Of a stretch of DNA of 64,000 bases, positions 38,990 to 48,556 are shown piece after piece; position 1 is the stretch's first letter, and each line of letters opens with the position of its first letter. The stretch lies in the IMG/VR virus record IMGVR_UViG_3300035696_000033; one strand, 5' to 3'. Below the pieces are notes generated by a model. The model was not told the DNA's origin and made no database searches. It worked only from the letters and a program-made list of their open reading frames with translations. The position numbers and the translations under genes are program-made. The stretch is from an uncultured virus (IMG/VR IMGVR_UViG_3300035696_000033). Taxonomy: Duplodnaviria > Heunggongvirae > Uroviricota > Caudoviricetes.

Positions 38990-39064
38990 CGCAGGGTGGC
39001 GCAGCGGCAGCGCATCCGGCCCATAACCGGAAGGTTGTTGGTTCAAATCCAACCCCCGCAACCA
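38990..39064 (+). tRNA. tRNA-Met(CAT), initiator-like, atypical
   Basis: Cloverleaf: D stem GCGC/GCGC, anticodon stem TCCGG/CCGGA with loop CCCATAA, T arm GTTGG-TTCAAAT-CCAAC, encoded CCA, C1:A72 mismatch. Confidence 0.9.
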
Positions 39065-39071
39065 AATTTGC

Positions 39072-39398
39072 ATGACAAGTTTTCCGGCAACGCTGGACAC
39101 ATTTCAGAACCCGAACGCGGCCACCACGATGGACGCGGCCGGGTTCGAGCATGACGCGCAGCACGCGAACCTGAACGACGCCGTGGCCGCGCTTCAGGCG
39201 AAGGTGGGCGCAAACGCCAGCGCGGACACCAGCTCGCTGGACTACAAGGTGGCGCAGATGGCCGCGATGCTGCTGGCGCCCAATTCACAGTTCAAGATTT
39301 CCGGCGGCCTGCTCTGCATCTGGGACAGCGGGGCGCAGCAATACGTCCCCCTGACCTGTGTCAACGGCGCGCTGGGTGTGGGCGCCCCTGTTTCCTGA
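39072..39398 (+). CDS. Small virion-associated protein
   Basis: MTSFPATLD..HANLNDAVAALQAKVG motif typical of phage fibre N-termini. Confidence 0.65.
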   Translation: MTSFPATLDTFQNPNAATTMDAAGFEHDAQHANLNDAVAALQAKVGANASADTSSLDYKVAQMAAMLLAPNSQFKISGGLLCIWDSGAQQYVPLTCVNGALGVGAPVS

Positions 39399-39412
39399 AA
39401 CCTGAAACCTGA

Positions 39413-41221
39413 ATGAAAAACATCGCGCTTACCCTCGGATTTCTCCTGACGCTGGCATTGCCTTCGCACGCCCTTCCGACACTCACGCCGACCGTCACCC
39501 ATTCCGTGACCGTCAACGGCAGTGAGGTGTTGCAGGGGCCGGACACGAACCTGTTCAGCGCGAACAGCGGGCTGCTGGGCAAAACCGCCGTCGCGACCAA
39601 CCAGCTTGACCCGAATTATTTTGCGGTCTCGGTGGTTTTTGGGCCAAACACCAATGGCATCGTTGCATCCGGGTTTGGATCGGCGGCGTTGAACGGCGCA
39701 GCATGGTGGAGTCCCAACCAACCCTACATTGATGACGGTGGCACACTCGGAATTGGCTGTCTGACAAATTCGACGGGCGGTTACTGGATGTGGAGTAATT
39801 GGGGTGGTTACTGGCTCGCCAACACCGCGACAAATAATTTCACCACGCAGCCCCTCTATGACGGGCAGGCGACGATCACGGGTGATTGGGTTCCGGTTGC
39901 GGGCGCAACGGCGGGCACCGTGTCCTTTGCGCTTCTTACGACCAATGGCGTGCTGGACATTCAGGTGGCGGCGGCAAACACCCTCGTTGCCGGTGCGGTT
40001 TCGACTAACGCGCTAAATGTGGTTTCTCCGGCTGTGTCGGCGCGGCAAAACCTCAAGGGAACAAAGGCGCCGATGATTTACATTGGGATCGGCGCGGATG
40101 GCGCAACCGGCGGCCATGCCACGGGCCAGGATGTCACCAATATCGTCAACTACATTGGCGGAACTCCGGGGTTGAACAACCTGTTCGACGGAATAGACGT
40201 TGATGACACATGGTATTCAAACGGCGACGGAGGCGCGTGGATTACTAATTCCGGCGCTAGCGCCTATTGCCACAATGCAGGGCTGCTTTTCTGCCTGTGG
40301 GTTGACATGAGCCAGCGGGCCAGCGGAATTGGAAACGTTGAGCCATATCCGACCAACTTTTATCACTTTTTTGACCGCACAATCGGCGTCGCGGACGAAT
40401 ACAAGCTGGACAACAGTTGGGGTGAGTATGAGTTCCAATTCAATGAGGCGGACCGGCTAAAGAACTACGTTGATTCCGCGGCCTTCAACGCCGGCCGCAA
40501 CGTCATGTTTTCCGCTAAAGTTGATGATGTGGTGGACAACTTTGCCCTGGCATTCAATCCGTGGGGATGGTCGCGTTATACTGCTTGGGACAGCGAGGAG
40601 ATGTCCGCATCGGATGATATATGGACTGATTTTTGCGCATATTATTCCCAGCGCGCGGCGCAGATGAATCTTTTTGGGGATGGGAACCTACCGTTCCGAA
40701 CGCTGCTAGGTCATCTTGGAAACACCAACGAGCTGCGCGGCGCGTTGTCCATGCTCGCCGTCGGGCCGATGCGCTTTTTTTCCTGCGTCACGAATTATTC
40801 GGCGGCGGAGCTGGTATGCCTCACGAACCAGAACTTTATCAGCGTCCTCAAGGATCAGGCCGGGCTTACCGGGTGGATGGTCAGCGCCAACCCCGTTGAC
40901 GGCTCGAAGGTTTTTGCCCGGCACCTTTACAATGGAAGCGTGGCTGTTGCATTTTGGAACCCACGCGGGAGCAACGCAACGTTCAGCGTGAGCACGTCCC
41001 GGCTTGGCATACCCACAAACCAGATCGTCAACCTGCAAAGCTGTTGGTGGATGACGAATCTCATCACGTCGCAGACCATCACCGGCGCACTGAAGACAAA
41101 CGGCGCGGATTTGTTCATTGTAAGCCCCGTCAGCCCCATCGGTGCCGGAGCCACCACCAATGTCGTCACCGGCGGCGTCACACTGCATTTTGTCGGTGGA
41201 ATTTTCACCGGAGCCTATTGA
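39413..41221 (+). CDS. Secreted GH27-like (alpha-galactosidase/melibiase fold) protein
   Basis: Signal peptide MKNIALTLGFLLTLALPSHA; IDVDDTW, YCHNAGLLF, YKLD, LTNQNFISVLKDQAG, VFARHLYNGSVAVAFWN. Confidence 0.7.
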   Translation: MKNIALTLGFLLTLALPSHALPTLTPTVTHSVTVNGSEVLQGPDTNLFSANSGLLGKTAVATNQLDPNYFAVSVVFGPNTNGIVASGFGSAALNGAAWWSPNQPYIDDGGTLGIGCLTNSTGGYWMWSNWGGYWLANTATNNFTTQPLYDGQATITGDWVPVAGATAGTVSFALLTTNGVLDIQVAAANTLVAGAVSTNALNVVSPAVSARQNLKGTKAPMIYIGIGADGATGGHATGQDVTNIVNYIGGTPGLNNLFDGIDVDDTWYSNGDGGAWITNSGASAYCHNAGLLFCLWVDMSQRASGIGNVEPYPTNFYHFFDRTIGVADEYKLDNSWGEYEFQFNEADRLKNYVDSAAFNAGRNVMFSAKVDDVVDNFALAFNPWGWSRYTAWDSEEMSASDDIWTDFCAYYSQRAAQMNLFGDGNLPFRTLLGHLGNTNELRGALSMLAVGPMRFFSCVTNYSAAELVCLTNQNFISVLKDQAGLTGWMVSANPVDGSKVFARHLYNGSVAVAFWNPRGSNATFSVSTSRLGIPTNQIVNLQSCWWMTNLITSQTITGALKTNGADLFIVSPVSPIGAGATTNVVTGGVTLHFVGGIFTGAY

Positions 41222-41222
41222 T

Positions 41223-41501
41223 ATGAAAAAGCTCATCGCCATCACAGCCATCGGGATTGCCGCCTTCGCGGCGGTTCATGCGCAGCAGTTCCGCCCGGTG
41301 CAGGAAACGCGATTTCAGCCGGTGACGTGGTCTGGCAGCAACGCGCAGGCCGTCGCCAGCCAGCTTGCGAACATCACAAACCTTGACGGAAGCCTGGTGA
41401 TGCCGACGAACATTTTGAGCGGAAACACGATCATTGTGATCCGGATCGCCGCCGGAACGAACGGCGTCCGGTCCATCACCTCCAGCATATCGAGCCATTA
41501 A
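41223..41501 (+). CDS. Small secreted protein
   Basis: Signal peptide MKKLIAITAIGIAAFAAVHA-QQ. Confidence 0.7.
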   Translation: MKKLIAITAIGIAAFAAVHAQQFRPVQETRFQPVTWSGSNAQAVASQLANITNLDGSLVMPTNILSGNTIIVIRIAAGTNGVRSITSSISSH

Positions 41502-41504
41502 AAA

Positions 41505-41792
41505 ATGACCCAATCCATGATCCAATTCATTCCAACCATCAAGGCCGGGGCGACGCTTGCGACACTGTCCATTGGCGGGGGTCTTGCGACGATGCTGGCG
41601 GAAGTGAACATCGGGGACTCGACCACCATCCAGATCGGGCTGGTGGGCGGCCTGGTGGTGGGCGTCTTTTTTGCCGGATGCACGCTGCAAAAACTCAAGG
41701 ACGGGCAGCGGGCCGCGAACAAGCGCCTCTCCAGGATTGAACGGAAGCTGCAAATTGAAGAGGACGAAGACGCGCGCGTGGACACCGACTGA
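41505..41792 (+). CDS. Small membrane protein (holin/antiholin-like)
   Basis: Two hydrophobic segments plus a charged coiled-coil tail. Confidence 0.55.
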   Translation: MTQSMIQFIPTIKAGATLATLSIGGGLATMLAEVNIGDSTTIQIGLVGGLVVGVFFAGCTLQKLKDGQRAANKRLSRIERKLQIEEDEDARVDTD

Positions 41793-41794
41793 AC

Positions 41795-42163
41795 ATGAAC
41801 AGCCTCCAATCCATCTTCGACCTGCTGCACGCCCTCTGGGGGCTGCCGGGGTATGCGCTGGTGTATCTCTCGTGCATCGCGTTCGGCTACCTTTGCAAGG
41901 CGGGAAACCTTGTCCCGAACGACAAGATCCCGCTCTTTCTTTTTTTATGGGGAACCATCTGGAACCTGCTGCTGGCGGACACGCGTTCGCCGGGGAGCAG
42001 CCTGCGGCTGTGGGTCGCGCGCAACCTGATCATCGGTTTCATCATCGCCGCACTGGCGTGGCTGACGCACAACCGGTGGTTGAAGCTCTGGCTTGACCCA
42101 AAGTTCCCATCCCTTTCGCCGGCAAATCCGCCGTCGGATAAACCAACCATAACAAACACATGA
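41795..42163 (+). CDS. Holin-like protein with three TM helices
   Basis: Three TM segments; VPNDKIPL loop typical of phage holins. Confidence 0.6.
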   Translation: MNSLQSIFDLLHALWGLPGYALVYLSCIAFGYLCKAGNLVPNDKIPLFLFLWGTIWNLLLADTRSPGSSLRLWVARNLIIGFIIAALAWLTHNRWLKLWLDPKFPSLSPANPPSDKPTITNT

Positions 42164-42768
42164 ACATGAAATTCAACAAATGGACACTGGGCCTCGTGAT
42201 CGGCGCGCTGGCGTTATCAACCCTCAACCTCAAGGCGCAGACCGCCAACACCAACACCATTCAGCAGATGGCGGCGCAACTCGCCGGGGTTCCCGCCGGG
42301 GTTTCGGTGCCGGCATTCGACCCGAATGGATTGAGCTTTACGAACGCGAACTACAAGGTTGCCACCGGCCTGGAATATGAATCGTCCGGCGGCACGATGA
42401 GTTACCTGCAGGCCGATGCGGATTTCCACCACGGCTCGGCGGTTGACATTGGCGCCGGCGCGGCGGCGACCTTGAGCGCGACCGGATCCGGCCTGCATTC
42501 GGCGGCGGCTGATTTTGAACTCATCAAAAACTTTCCAAACTGGCAGCTCGTGGGGAAGCTTGGCGGCGGGGGCGTGCTGGAGGGCTCGAAGAGCTTCTTC
42601 GTCTCCGGCGGCGCGGACATCAATTACAACCTGACCAAGGGAACGGGCGCCAGCTTCCTGGGCGGCGCAGGCGGATTCACTTACGTGTTCGCGGGCGTGG
42701 ACCTGCGGGCGCATCCGGGCGGTGATTTGGAAAAGGTGTTTCACGTGGGCGCCGGGTTTGCGTTCTGA
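42160..42768 (+). CDS. Outer-membrane beta-barrel-like protein
   Basis: Signal peptide, alternating beta strands, C-terminal FHVGAGFAF signal. Confidence 0.6.
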   Translation: MNMKFNKWTLGLVIGALALSTLNLKAQTANTNTIQQMAAQLAGVPAGVSVPAFDPNGLSFTNANYKVATGLEYESSGGTMSYLQADADFHHGSAVDIGAGAAATLSATGSGLHSAAADFELIKNFPNWQLVGKLGGGGVLEGSKSFFVSGGADINYNLTKGTGASFLGGAGGFTYVFAGVDLRAHPGGDLEKVFHVGAGFAF

Positions 42769-42778
42769 AATCCCGGCC

Positions 42779-43714
42779 ATGAAACGGATTCTCTGCATTG
42801 ATGGCGGCGGGATGAGGGGCTACCTTCCCGCCGCCATGCTGGTCCAGATCGAGCGTCGCACCGGGCGGCGCTGCTGTGATCTGTTCGACCTGATTGCGGG
42901 GACGAGCATCGGCGGCATCATGGCCGCGCTGCTGGGGTCCGGAATGCCGGCAAGCGAGGCCATCAAGTTCTTCACCGAGGATGGCCCGAAGATTTTCCGC
43001 CGCCGGTTCGGGCGTTACCTGGGGCTGCTCGGCCCGCGCTATTCCGGCCGGGTGATTGAGGAGGTGCTGCAACGGCGCCTTGCCGGGCTGCAGCCGAGGA
43101 CGCGGGTGATGATTCCGGCGTTCGACCTGGTGACACAGTCCCCTTATTTTTTCAGGTTCGCCCCGCAGGGCCACGTCCCAGGCCCAAGGTCCAACATCGA
43201 AAGCTCGACGGGTCCAATGTTGTGGCAGGCGGCGCGCGCCACGAGCAGCGCGCAGATTTATTTCCCGGCCTTTGCGGCGCGGCTGCATGACGGCGAGCAT
43301 GTGTTCTGGGACGGCGGCAACGTGGCCAACAACCCCGCCGCCTGCGCCCTTGCCGACGCGGTGCGCCATTGGAACGGGCGGACGGTGATGCTCTCGATCG
43401 GCTGCGGGTCCCTGCGGGCGGCCACCGGGAGAAAGGCCATCCAATCCGCCAGGGACATGGTCAATGCGGGCGCGTTGCGCAACGGCATCGCCACGGTGTC
43501 GGCGCTCTTCGAGGCGGACAGCGACGAGGTGGACTATCAGATGGCGCAGATGCTCGGCGGGAACTACTGCCGGATCCAGCCGGACCTCGCGCAGCCGCTG
43601 CCGCTTGACGACGCCTCGCCGGAGGGCCTGCAGAATTTGAAGGACGCCGCGGCGAACGCGGTGCGCGCCGGCCGCGCGGAGCTGGAAAAGTTCCTGGCCC
43701 GCGCCGGGCTGTAA
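42779..43714 (+). CDS. Patatin-like phospholipase
   Basis: IDGGGMRG, GTSIG nucleophile elbow, ATSSA..YF, WDGG. Confidence 0.92.
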   Translation: MKRILCIDGGGMRGYLPAAMLVQIERRTGRRCCDLFDLIAGTSIGGIMAALLGSGMPASEAIKFFTEDGPKIFRRRFGRYLGLLGPRYSGRVIEEVLQRRLAGLQPRTRVMIPAFDLVTQSPYFFRFAPQGHVPGPRSNIESSTGPMLWQAARATSSAQIYFPAFAARLHDGEHVFWDGGNVANNPAACALADAVRHWNGRTVMLSIGCGSLRAATGRKAIQSARDMVNAGALRNGIATVSALFEADSDEVDYQMAQMLGGNYCRIQPDLAQPLPLDDASPEGLQNLKDAAANAVRAGRAELEKFLARAGL

Positions 43715-43746
43715 AACAATTTGGACATGAGAAAAAAGTGACGAAC

Positions 43747-44274
43747 ATGGCAGACAAAATCAAAATCACGCTGGGCGAGGCGGCCGGGCTGTTCAGCAGC
43801 GGGCTGGCCAAGCTTGCGGGCCTCAACATTCATTCCGGGCGCGACGCCTATGCGCTGATGCGCACCGAGGACCAGCTTGCGCCGGAGATCCAAAGCTATC
43901 AGCGCGCGCACCTAGCGCTGATGAAGCGCCACGGCGCGCACGGTTCCCTGGACGAACTGCGGGCGGCCGCCGCCGCGCCCGGCATCGCCCCGGAACAGGC
44001 GGCGGCCCTTGAAGCGAAGATCGCACAGCTTGCGGTGGCGGAGCAGTTCACGCTGGCGCCGGCTGATCCCGGCTACGCGGCGTTTGTGGCCGAGGCGAAG
44101 GATCTTGCGGGGCAGGGCGTTGAACTGTTCCTGGACCATCGCGTGACGGTGAAGGTGGAGCAGCTGCCCGACCGGTGTTTCAGCCCGGCGGAAATGCGGG
44201 CGCTGGCGCCCATTGTGGAGTTTGTGGAGCCTCCACCCGGCCCCGACCCCATTGCTCCGCAAGCTCCGAAATAA
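43747..44274 (+). CDS. Hypothetical protein
   Basis: Ala-rich ORF in the late region. Confidence 0.6.
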   Translation: MADKIKITLGEAAGLFSSGLAKLAGLNIHSGRDAYALMRTEDQLAPEIQSYQRAHLALMKRHGAHGSLDELRAAAAAPGIAPEQAAALEAKIAQLAVAEQFTLAPADPGYAAFVAEAKDLAGQGVELFLDHRVTVKVEQLPDRCFSPAEMRALAPIVEFVEPPPGPDPIAPQAPK

Positions 44275-44275
44275 C

Positions 44276-45103
44276 ATGAACGAATTCAAATTCAAAATTG
44301 CGACCGGCGACCGGCCCACGCTGACGGACATCCTCACGTCGTCCAACGGCGCGAACCGCGAGCCGGTTGACCTGACGGGCTGCACGGTGAAGCTGCTGTT
44401 TCAAGGGCCGGGCGTGGAGTTTGCCAGCCCGGCCGCCGTTGCCGATCCGCCCAGCGGCCAGGTGTCCTACCGGTTCAATCCGGGCGAGACGGACGTGCCC
44501 GGCGATTACTACGGCGAGTGGCAGGTGACGGACGCCGACGGCGACGTGACGACGCATCCGCCGGAAGGGTTTGAATTCCAGATCGTGCCGGGGCTGCCGA
44601 TGGCGCAGCCGGCCAGCTTCACCAAGCTCTCGGATTTTTACGACGACGTGCGGGCGCTGACGGGCGACTTCAAGAAACGCCTCTACGAGGACGCGAGCAT
44701 ACGGGACACGATGCGGACGATGCTGCGGCTGGGGCGCGTGCACAGCGAGTGCGACCACCGGGGCGGCACGCGCTGGGCGCTGGGGCCGGATGCCAACACC
44801 ATCGTCCCGGCCATCGGGCCGGACGACGTGCTGGCGTATTCGCTGCTGGTGTATCACACGGCGCACGCGCTGGTGCTGCCGAACATGCAGGGCTACAGCT
44901 ACCGCACGCGCGAGTTGAGCGAGCGGTTTGGCGAGCAGAAGGATTTCCTGTTCAACCTGCAAAACGTGCTGCACGACCTGGAGAACGGCGAGGGCATCTG
45001 GAGCAACGTGACCGGCCTGCGGAGCTGGCTGTTCAGCGTGAACGGGATCTGGGTCTGGAGCTACATGCAGACGGAAACCACCATCAACCTTTCAATCCGG
45101 TAA
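44276..45103 (+). CDS. BppU-like Ig domain fused to a putative head-tail adaptor
   Basis: GDRPTL..PVDLTGCTV..GQVSY..GDYYGEWQVT; C-terminal DDVRALTGD..YSYRTRELS. Confidence 0.6.
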   Translation: MNEFKFKIATGDRPTLTDILTSSNGANREPVDLTGCTVKLLFQGPGVEFASPAAVADPPSGQVSYRFNPGETDVPGDYYGEWQVTDADGDVTTHPPEGFEFQIVPGLPMAQPASFTKLSDFYDDVRALTGDFKKRLYEDASIRDTMRTMLRLGRVHSECDHRGGTRWALGPDANTIVPAIGPDDVLAYSLLVYHTAHALVLPNMQGYSYRTRELSERFGEQKDFLFNLQNVLHDLENGEGIWSNVTGLRSWLFSVNGIWVWSYMQTETTINLSIR

Positions 45104-45110
45104 CCGAGTT

Positions 45111-45650
45111 ATGATTGAAACCAAAATCAAGGAATTGATGGAGAAGCAACGCTCGTTGTGTGCCGACATTGAGGCGCTGCCCCCATCTGAAACCGCCACG
45201 CTGCTCGTCAGCAAGGCGTCTGATGTGGCGCATCAGTTGCAGCAAATGCTCTGGCCCCATGCGGGCAGCGACAAGACCACGCGCTGCACCCATTGCCTTG
45301 CGGAATTCTCCAATGCGGAGATCCAGGGCGTCGAAGCCTGTCCGAAATGCGGCGACAAGGGGATTCCGATGGCGGTCGAACAGGACGTCCTGATCAGGAT
45401 CAACGTCCATGAGCTGCGCATTCTTGGAATCTGGGCGGAGAACCATGCCGTCCACATGGACAACCAACACCTTGACGACGCCTACCGCAAGCCGATGAAG
45501 GACACCGTGAACGCCATTTGCGACCGCATCCGGAAACAATTGAAAGCCTCCGGCAAGGATGCCCCGCTGACCATGACCGCCGAAATGCAAGATATCAAGG
45601 CTGCCGGCCACGACGTGCAGTTGTTCCGGGATGGGAAAGAGGAAGTCTGA
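45111..45650 (+). CDS. Zn-ribbon hypothetical protein
   Basis: CTHC..CPKCG. Confidence 0.65.
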   Translation: MIETKIKELMEKQRSLCADIEALPPSETATLLVSKASDVAHQLQQMLWPHAGSDKTTRCTHCLAEFSNAEIQGVEACPKCGDKGIPMAVEQDVLIRINVHELRILGIWAENHAVHMDNQHLDDAYRKPMKDTVNAICDRIRKQLKASGKDAPLTMTAEMQDIKAAGHDVQLFRDGKEEV

Positions 45651-46636
45651 TGAACCCGCCGACGATCAACCAGGTGGTGTTTGATTTGCTGGAGGCGACG
45701 GTGACGCTGTATCCGGCGAACGCCGACGGCACGCCGCAACTGGACTGCCCGATCTGGACGGGGGCGGCGGCGGAGCGGTTGCAGGCGCGCGCCAACTGGC
45801 TGCGGGAAGAGACGCACCCCAGCGGCGCAAAACATCCGCACAAGCATCCGCTGATCGCGCAATACCAGGTGGACATTGGGCGTGTGTGGCTGGTGGACGC
45901 GGTGCTGGCGCCAACCGGATTTGCGCCGGATTACACGCGCACCGTTCTCGACGTGGTGTGGGTGAACGAGGACACGCAGCAGTGGCTGCGCAAGACATTT
46001 TACGGCGTGACCATTGCCGGCCAGGAATGGAACGCAAGGGACGTTGAGAGCGGGCTGCTGGAGGATCAGACTTTTGAGGCGCGCTATTACACGGCTGACA
46101 GCGGCACGCTGCAGGCGCCCATCCCGCCCATCTCCAACACGCTGCCCTACTATGTCAATTACACGGATGCAAGCGGCACGCTGCTCCTCTACGCCTACGA
46201 TCCCGGCACACGGCTATTCACGGCGCAGGCCGACACGAACGGGCGCGCGGTCATCAGTTGTGCCGGCGGATTCTCCATCCAGTTCGCGGCCGACAGCCAG
46301 CCGGTGGTGGCGACCACGGGTGTGGCGTCGCTGGCTTACCGCAGCCCGGCGGTCTATCGCAACGCGAACACCTACCGGCAACTGGGGCTGGCGGTGAACG
46401 GCGGCGTGTTCGCCGGGGCGCCCTCGCCGGGCGTTTTTCCACGGCTGGATTTTTATTACGGCCCGCAACGCATCGCCACCGTCACGCGCGCCGGAATCTA
46501 CGAGGTGGACTTCGACGAGGAATCCATGCCACCGGTCATTCCCGCCGGGGCGTTCGCCATCCTGTGCGGCGGATCCACCGTGGCGCTGATCGAGGCCGGC
46601 AGCCTCTCGGCCACCAACCTGCAGGTGACGAATTGA
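45650..46636 (+). CDS. Putative tail tube-like structural protein
   Basis: TGATG overlap; RKTFYGVTI..EDQTFEA tube-like pattern. Confidence 0.5.
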   Translation: MNPPTINQVVFDLLEATVTLYPANADGTPQLDCPIWTGAAAERLQARANWLREETHPSGAKHPHKHPLIAQYQVDIGRVWLVDAVLAPTGFAPDYTRTVLDVVWVNEDTQQWLRKTFYGVTIAGQEWNARDVESGLLEDQTFEARYYTADSGTLQAPIPPISNTLPYYVNYTDASGTLLLYAYDPGTRLFTAQADTNGRAVISCAGGFSIQFAADSQPVVATTGVASLAYRSPAVYRNANTYRQLGLAVNGGVFAGAPSPGVFPRLDFYYGPQRIATVTRAGIYEVDFDEESMPPVIPAGAFAILCGGSTVALIEAGSLSATNLQVTN

Positions 46637-47043
46637 GAACGCGAATTGATTTCATTGCCGGGCGGGTGGCGGACGCCACCAGCAGCATCGGCTGCGACGT
46701 GGTGCTTTGTTGGAAGGCGCCCTCCGGCGGCCAGCCGCCGGCCCGCGACCCGGTGGACGGGGCGCCGACGGCGCCGATGGTTGACCAGGCGGAAACGGTG
46801 CGGGCGCTGCTGTATTTTGTGAGCGCCACGACGCAAATCCGGCAGTTCGCGGAGGTCTGTGCCGGCGACTGCATCGCCACGTTCAATCCCGACACGCGCC
46901 TGAAGGGCCGCGAATCGCTGCGGTTTGTGATTGACGGCGAGGAATGGAGCAGCAAGCCCGTGAGCGAGGATCTGTCCAGCTATTGGGGCCGGGCGGCCAA
47001 CCTGAAACTCTACCAGGTGGTGCTGCTAAGGAAGGGAACCTGA
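46633..47043 (+). CDS. Putative head-closure protein
   Basis: TTGA overlap; LRFVIDGEEW..VLLRK pattern. Confidence 0.5.
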   Translation: MRTRIDFIAGRVADATSSIGCDVVLCWKAPSGGQPPARDPVDGAPTAPMVDQAETVRALLYFVSATTQIRQFAEVCAGDCIATFNPDTRLKGRESLRFVIDGEEWSSKPVSEDLSSYWGRAANLKLYQVVLLRKGT

Positions 47044-47047
47044 TTTC

Positions 47048-47086
47048 AGCAACGTTCCCCGGAATAAAACCAAACCGGGCTAGACT
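47048..47086 (+). promoter_or_regulatory. Phage late-promoter motif copy 4
   Basis: AGCAACGTTCCCCGGAATAAAACCAAACCGGGCTAGACT; ATG only 6 nt downstream. Confidence 0.8.
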
Positions 47087-47092
47087 TGGGTT

Positions 47093-47791
47093 ATGCAGAT
47101 TGATTCCAACATCGCCGCGGTGATCGGCCGGACCAAGCGGCTGCAAAGCCACGACATTCCCGGCGCCTTGAAACGGGCCTGTGAACCCGGTTACTGGCAG
47201 AAGCTGGCCCATGCCGAGGCGGAGGCGACACTCGCGTCGCTGGCGACGGCGGAACAGAAACAATACATTGCCGGGTTTCTGGCGACACTGCGGGCGATGG
47301 GCCTGCCGAACGGTTTCAACCTCTCGATGAACTCCCCCTTTGCCCCGGACCAGACGCTTAAGGACATGGGTGCGGCGCGCGCGGCGGTCAGCCCGGTGGA
47401 CCTGGCGCAGAATCTTTTTTTGCAGGAGGTGCAACGGGTGGAAGACTGGCTGACGGAGTGGGTGCAGACCGAGAAGCGCAAGGACCGGCGGGACGACGGC
47501 AAGACCGACGAGGAGATTGGCGCGTTCATCAGCTACGCCATGTTCGCGCCGGGGGGCGAGCGGTTGATTGTGCGAAGCGGCCCGAACGCCGGGCGCACGG
47601 TGCGCGAAGTATTCACGCCGCACATCATGGATTTTCTCCAGCGCAAGCAGGCGGCCGGCCGGCTGGACGCGGCGACCCTTGACACCTGGCTGCGGGCCGT
47701 GCTGGCCGCGTGGCGCAACCTCGTGCGGGATTTGTTCCCGCAAAAGTTCCACACCGAACTGATGGCGCTGCGCGGCGAACTCGCGATGTAA
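47093..47791 (+). CDS. Putative neck/tail completion protein
   Basis: Position in the head-tail region. Confidence 0.5.
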   Translation: MQIDSNIAAVIGRTKRLQSHDIPGALKRACEPGYWQKLAHAEAEATLASLATAEQKQYIAGFLATLRAMGLPNGFNLSMNSPFAPDQTLKDMGAARAAVSPVDLAQNLFLQEVQRVEDWLTEWVQTEKRKDRRDDGKTDEEIGAFISYAMFAPGGERLIVRSGPNAGRTVREVFTPHIMDFLQRKQAAGRLDAATLDTWLRAVLAAWRNLVRDLFPQKFHTELMALRGELAM

Positions 47792-47792
47792 A

Positions 47793-48554
47793 ATGTTAAG
47801 CTCACCCGCCATCACTGAACTGGATGTGGAGAGTTCCGTCTATGCCGTCTTTGCGGAATGGCTGGCGGACTATTTTGACGGCCAGCCGCATGACGTGGGC
47901 GGCAACGCGGCGGTGCCGTTCCCCAGGGCGCTGATCCAGTTTGGGCAGGCCCCGATGAAGCAGCCGCTGAATCCAGCGGCTCAAGGTTCAAAGCCCAAGG
48001 CTCAAAGTCCGCAGGCCGGCATTGCGATGGTGTGGGGCGCGCCGGTTTCCACCAGCCGGAAATGGGAGACCGTTGGCGGCGCGGCGCAGTTGATGATCTA
48101 TAAAAAGGTGCGCTGGAATTTCTGGGTGCGGGCCGAGATGCAGGCCAGCGACACGGGCAGCGCGCGCAAGCTGTGCCGCCAGGCGGCGGAGCTGTTGAAC
48201 GCGCTGCTGATGAACCCGGCCACGACCCGGGATTTGGGCCAATGCGGCATCCACCACCTGCGACCGGGCGAGCCGGAACCGATTGCGGACACGGGCTACA
48301 TCCTGATGCTGGTGGGCTGCCGGGCGCAATTGCGCTATCCGGTCTTTGGAACGGCCGCGCCGGACACCTCCGGCAGCCCGGCCGTTGCTCCCTACAGCCC
48401 GCCGAACACCTGCCGCGTTTATACGGGGAGCGCCGCGCCCAACGGTTTGCAGACGGGCAACGTCGGCGATGAATACAACCAGATCATTGACGGGCAACTG
48501 GTCCAGAAGTGGACCAAGGTTTCCGGAACGGGGACCAACACCGGATGGCAGTAA
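47793..48554 (+). CDS. Putative tail terminator-like protein
   Basis: Position; C-terminal YTGSAAPNG..GNVGDEY..TNTGWQ virion motif. Confidence 0.5.
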   Translation: MLSSPAITELDVESSVYAVFAEWLADYFDGQPHDVGGNAAVPFPRALIQFGQAPMKQPLNPAAQGSKPKAQSPQAGIAMVWGAPVSTSRKWETVGGAAQLMIYKKVRWNFWVRAEMQASDTGSARKLCRQAAELLNALLMNPATTRDLGQCGIHHLRPGEPEPIADTGYILMLVGCRAQLRYPVFGTAAPDTSGSPAVAPYSPPNTCRVYTGSAAPNGLQTGNVGDEYNQIIDGQLVQKWTKVSGTGTNTGWQ

Positions 48555-48556
48555 AC

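Noticed and set aside
42738..42753. Second parS (TGTTTCACGTGGGCGC)
   Set aside because: Only a half match, and it lies within coding sequence (VFHVG)
42779..43714. CBASS CapV effector
   Set aside because: No CD-NTase or other CBASS gene nearby; context is a late membrane-protein cluster
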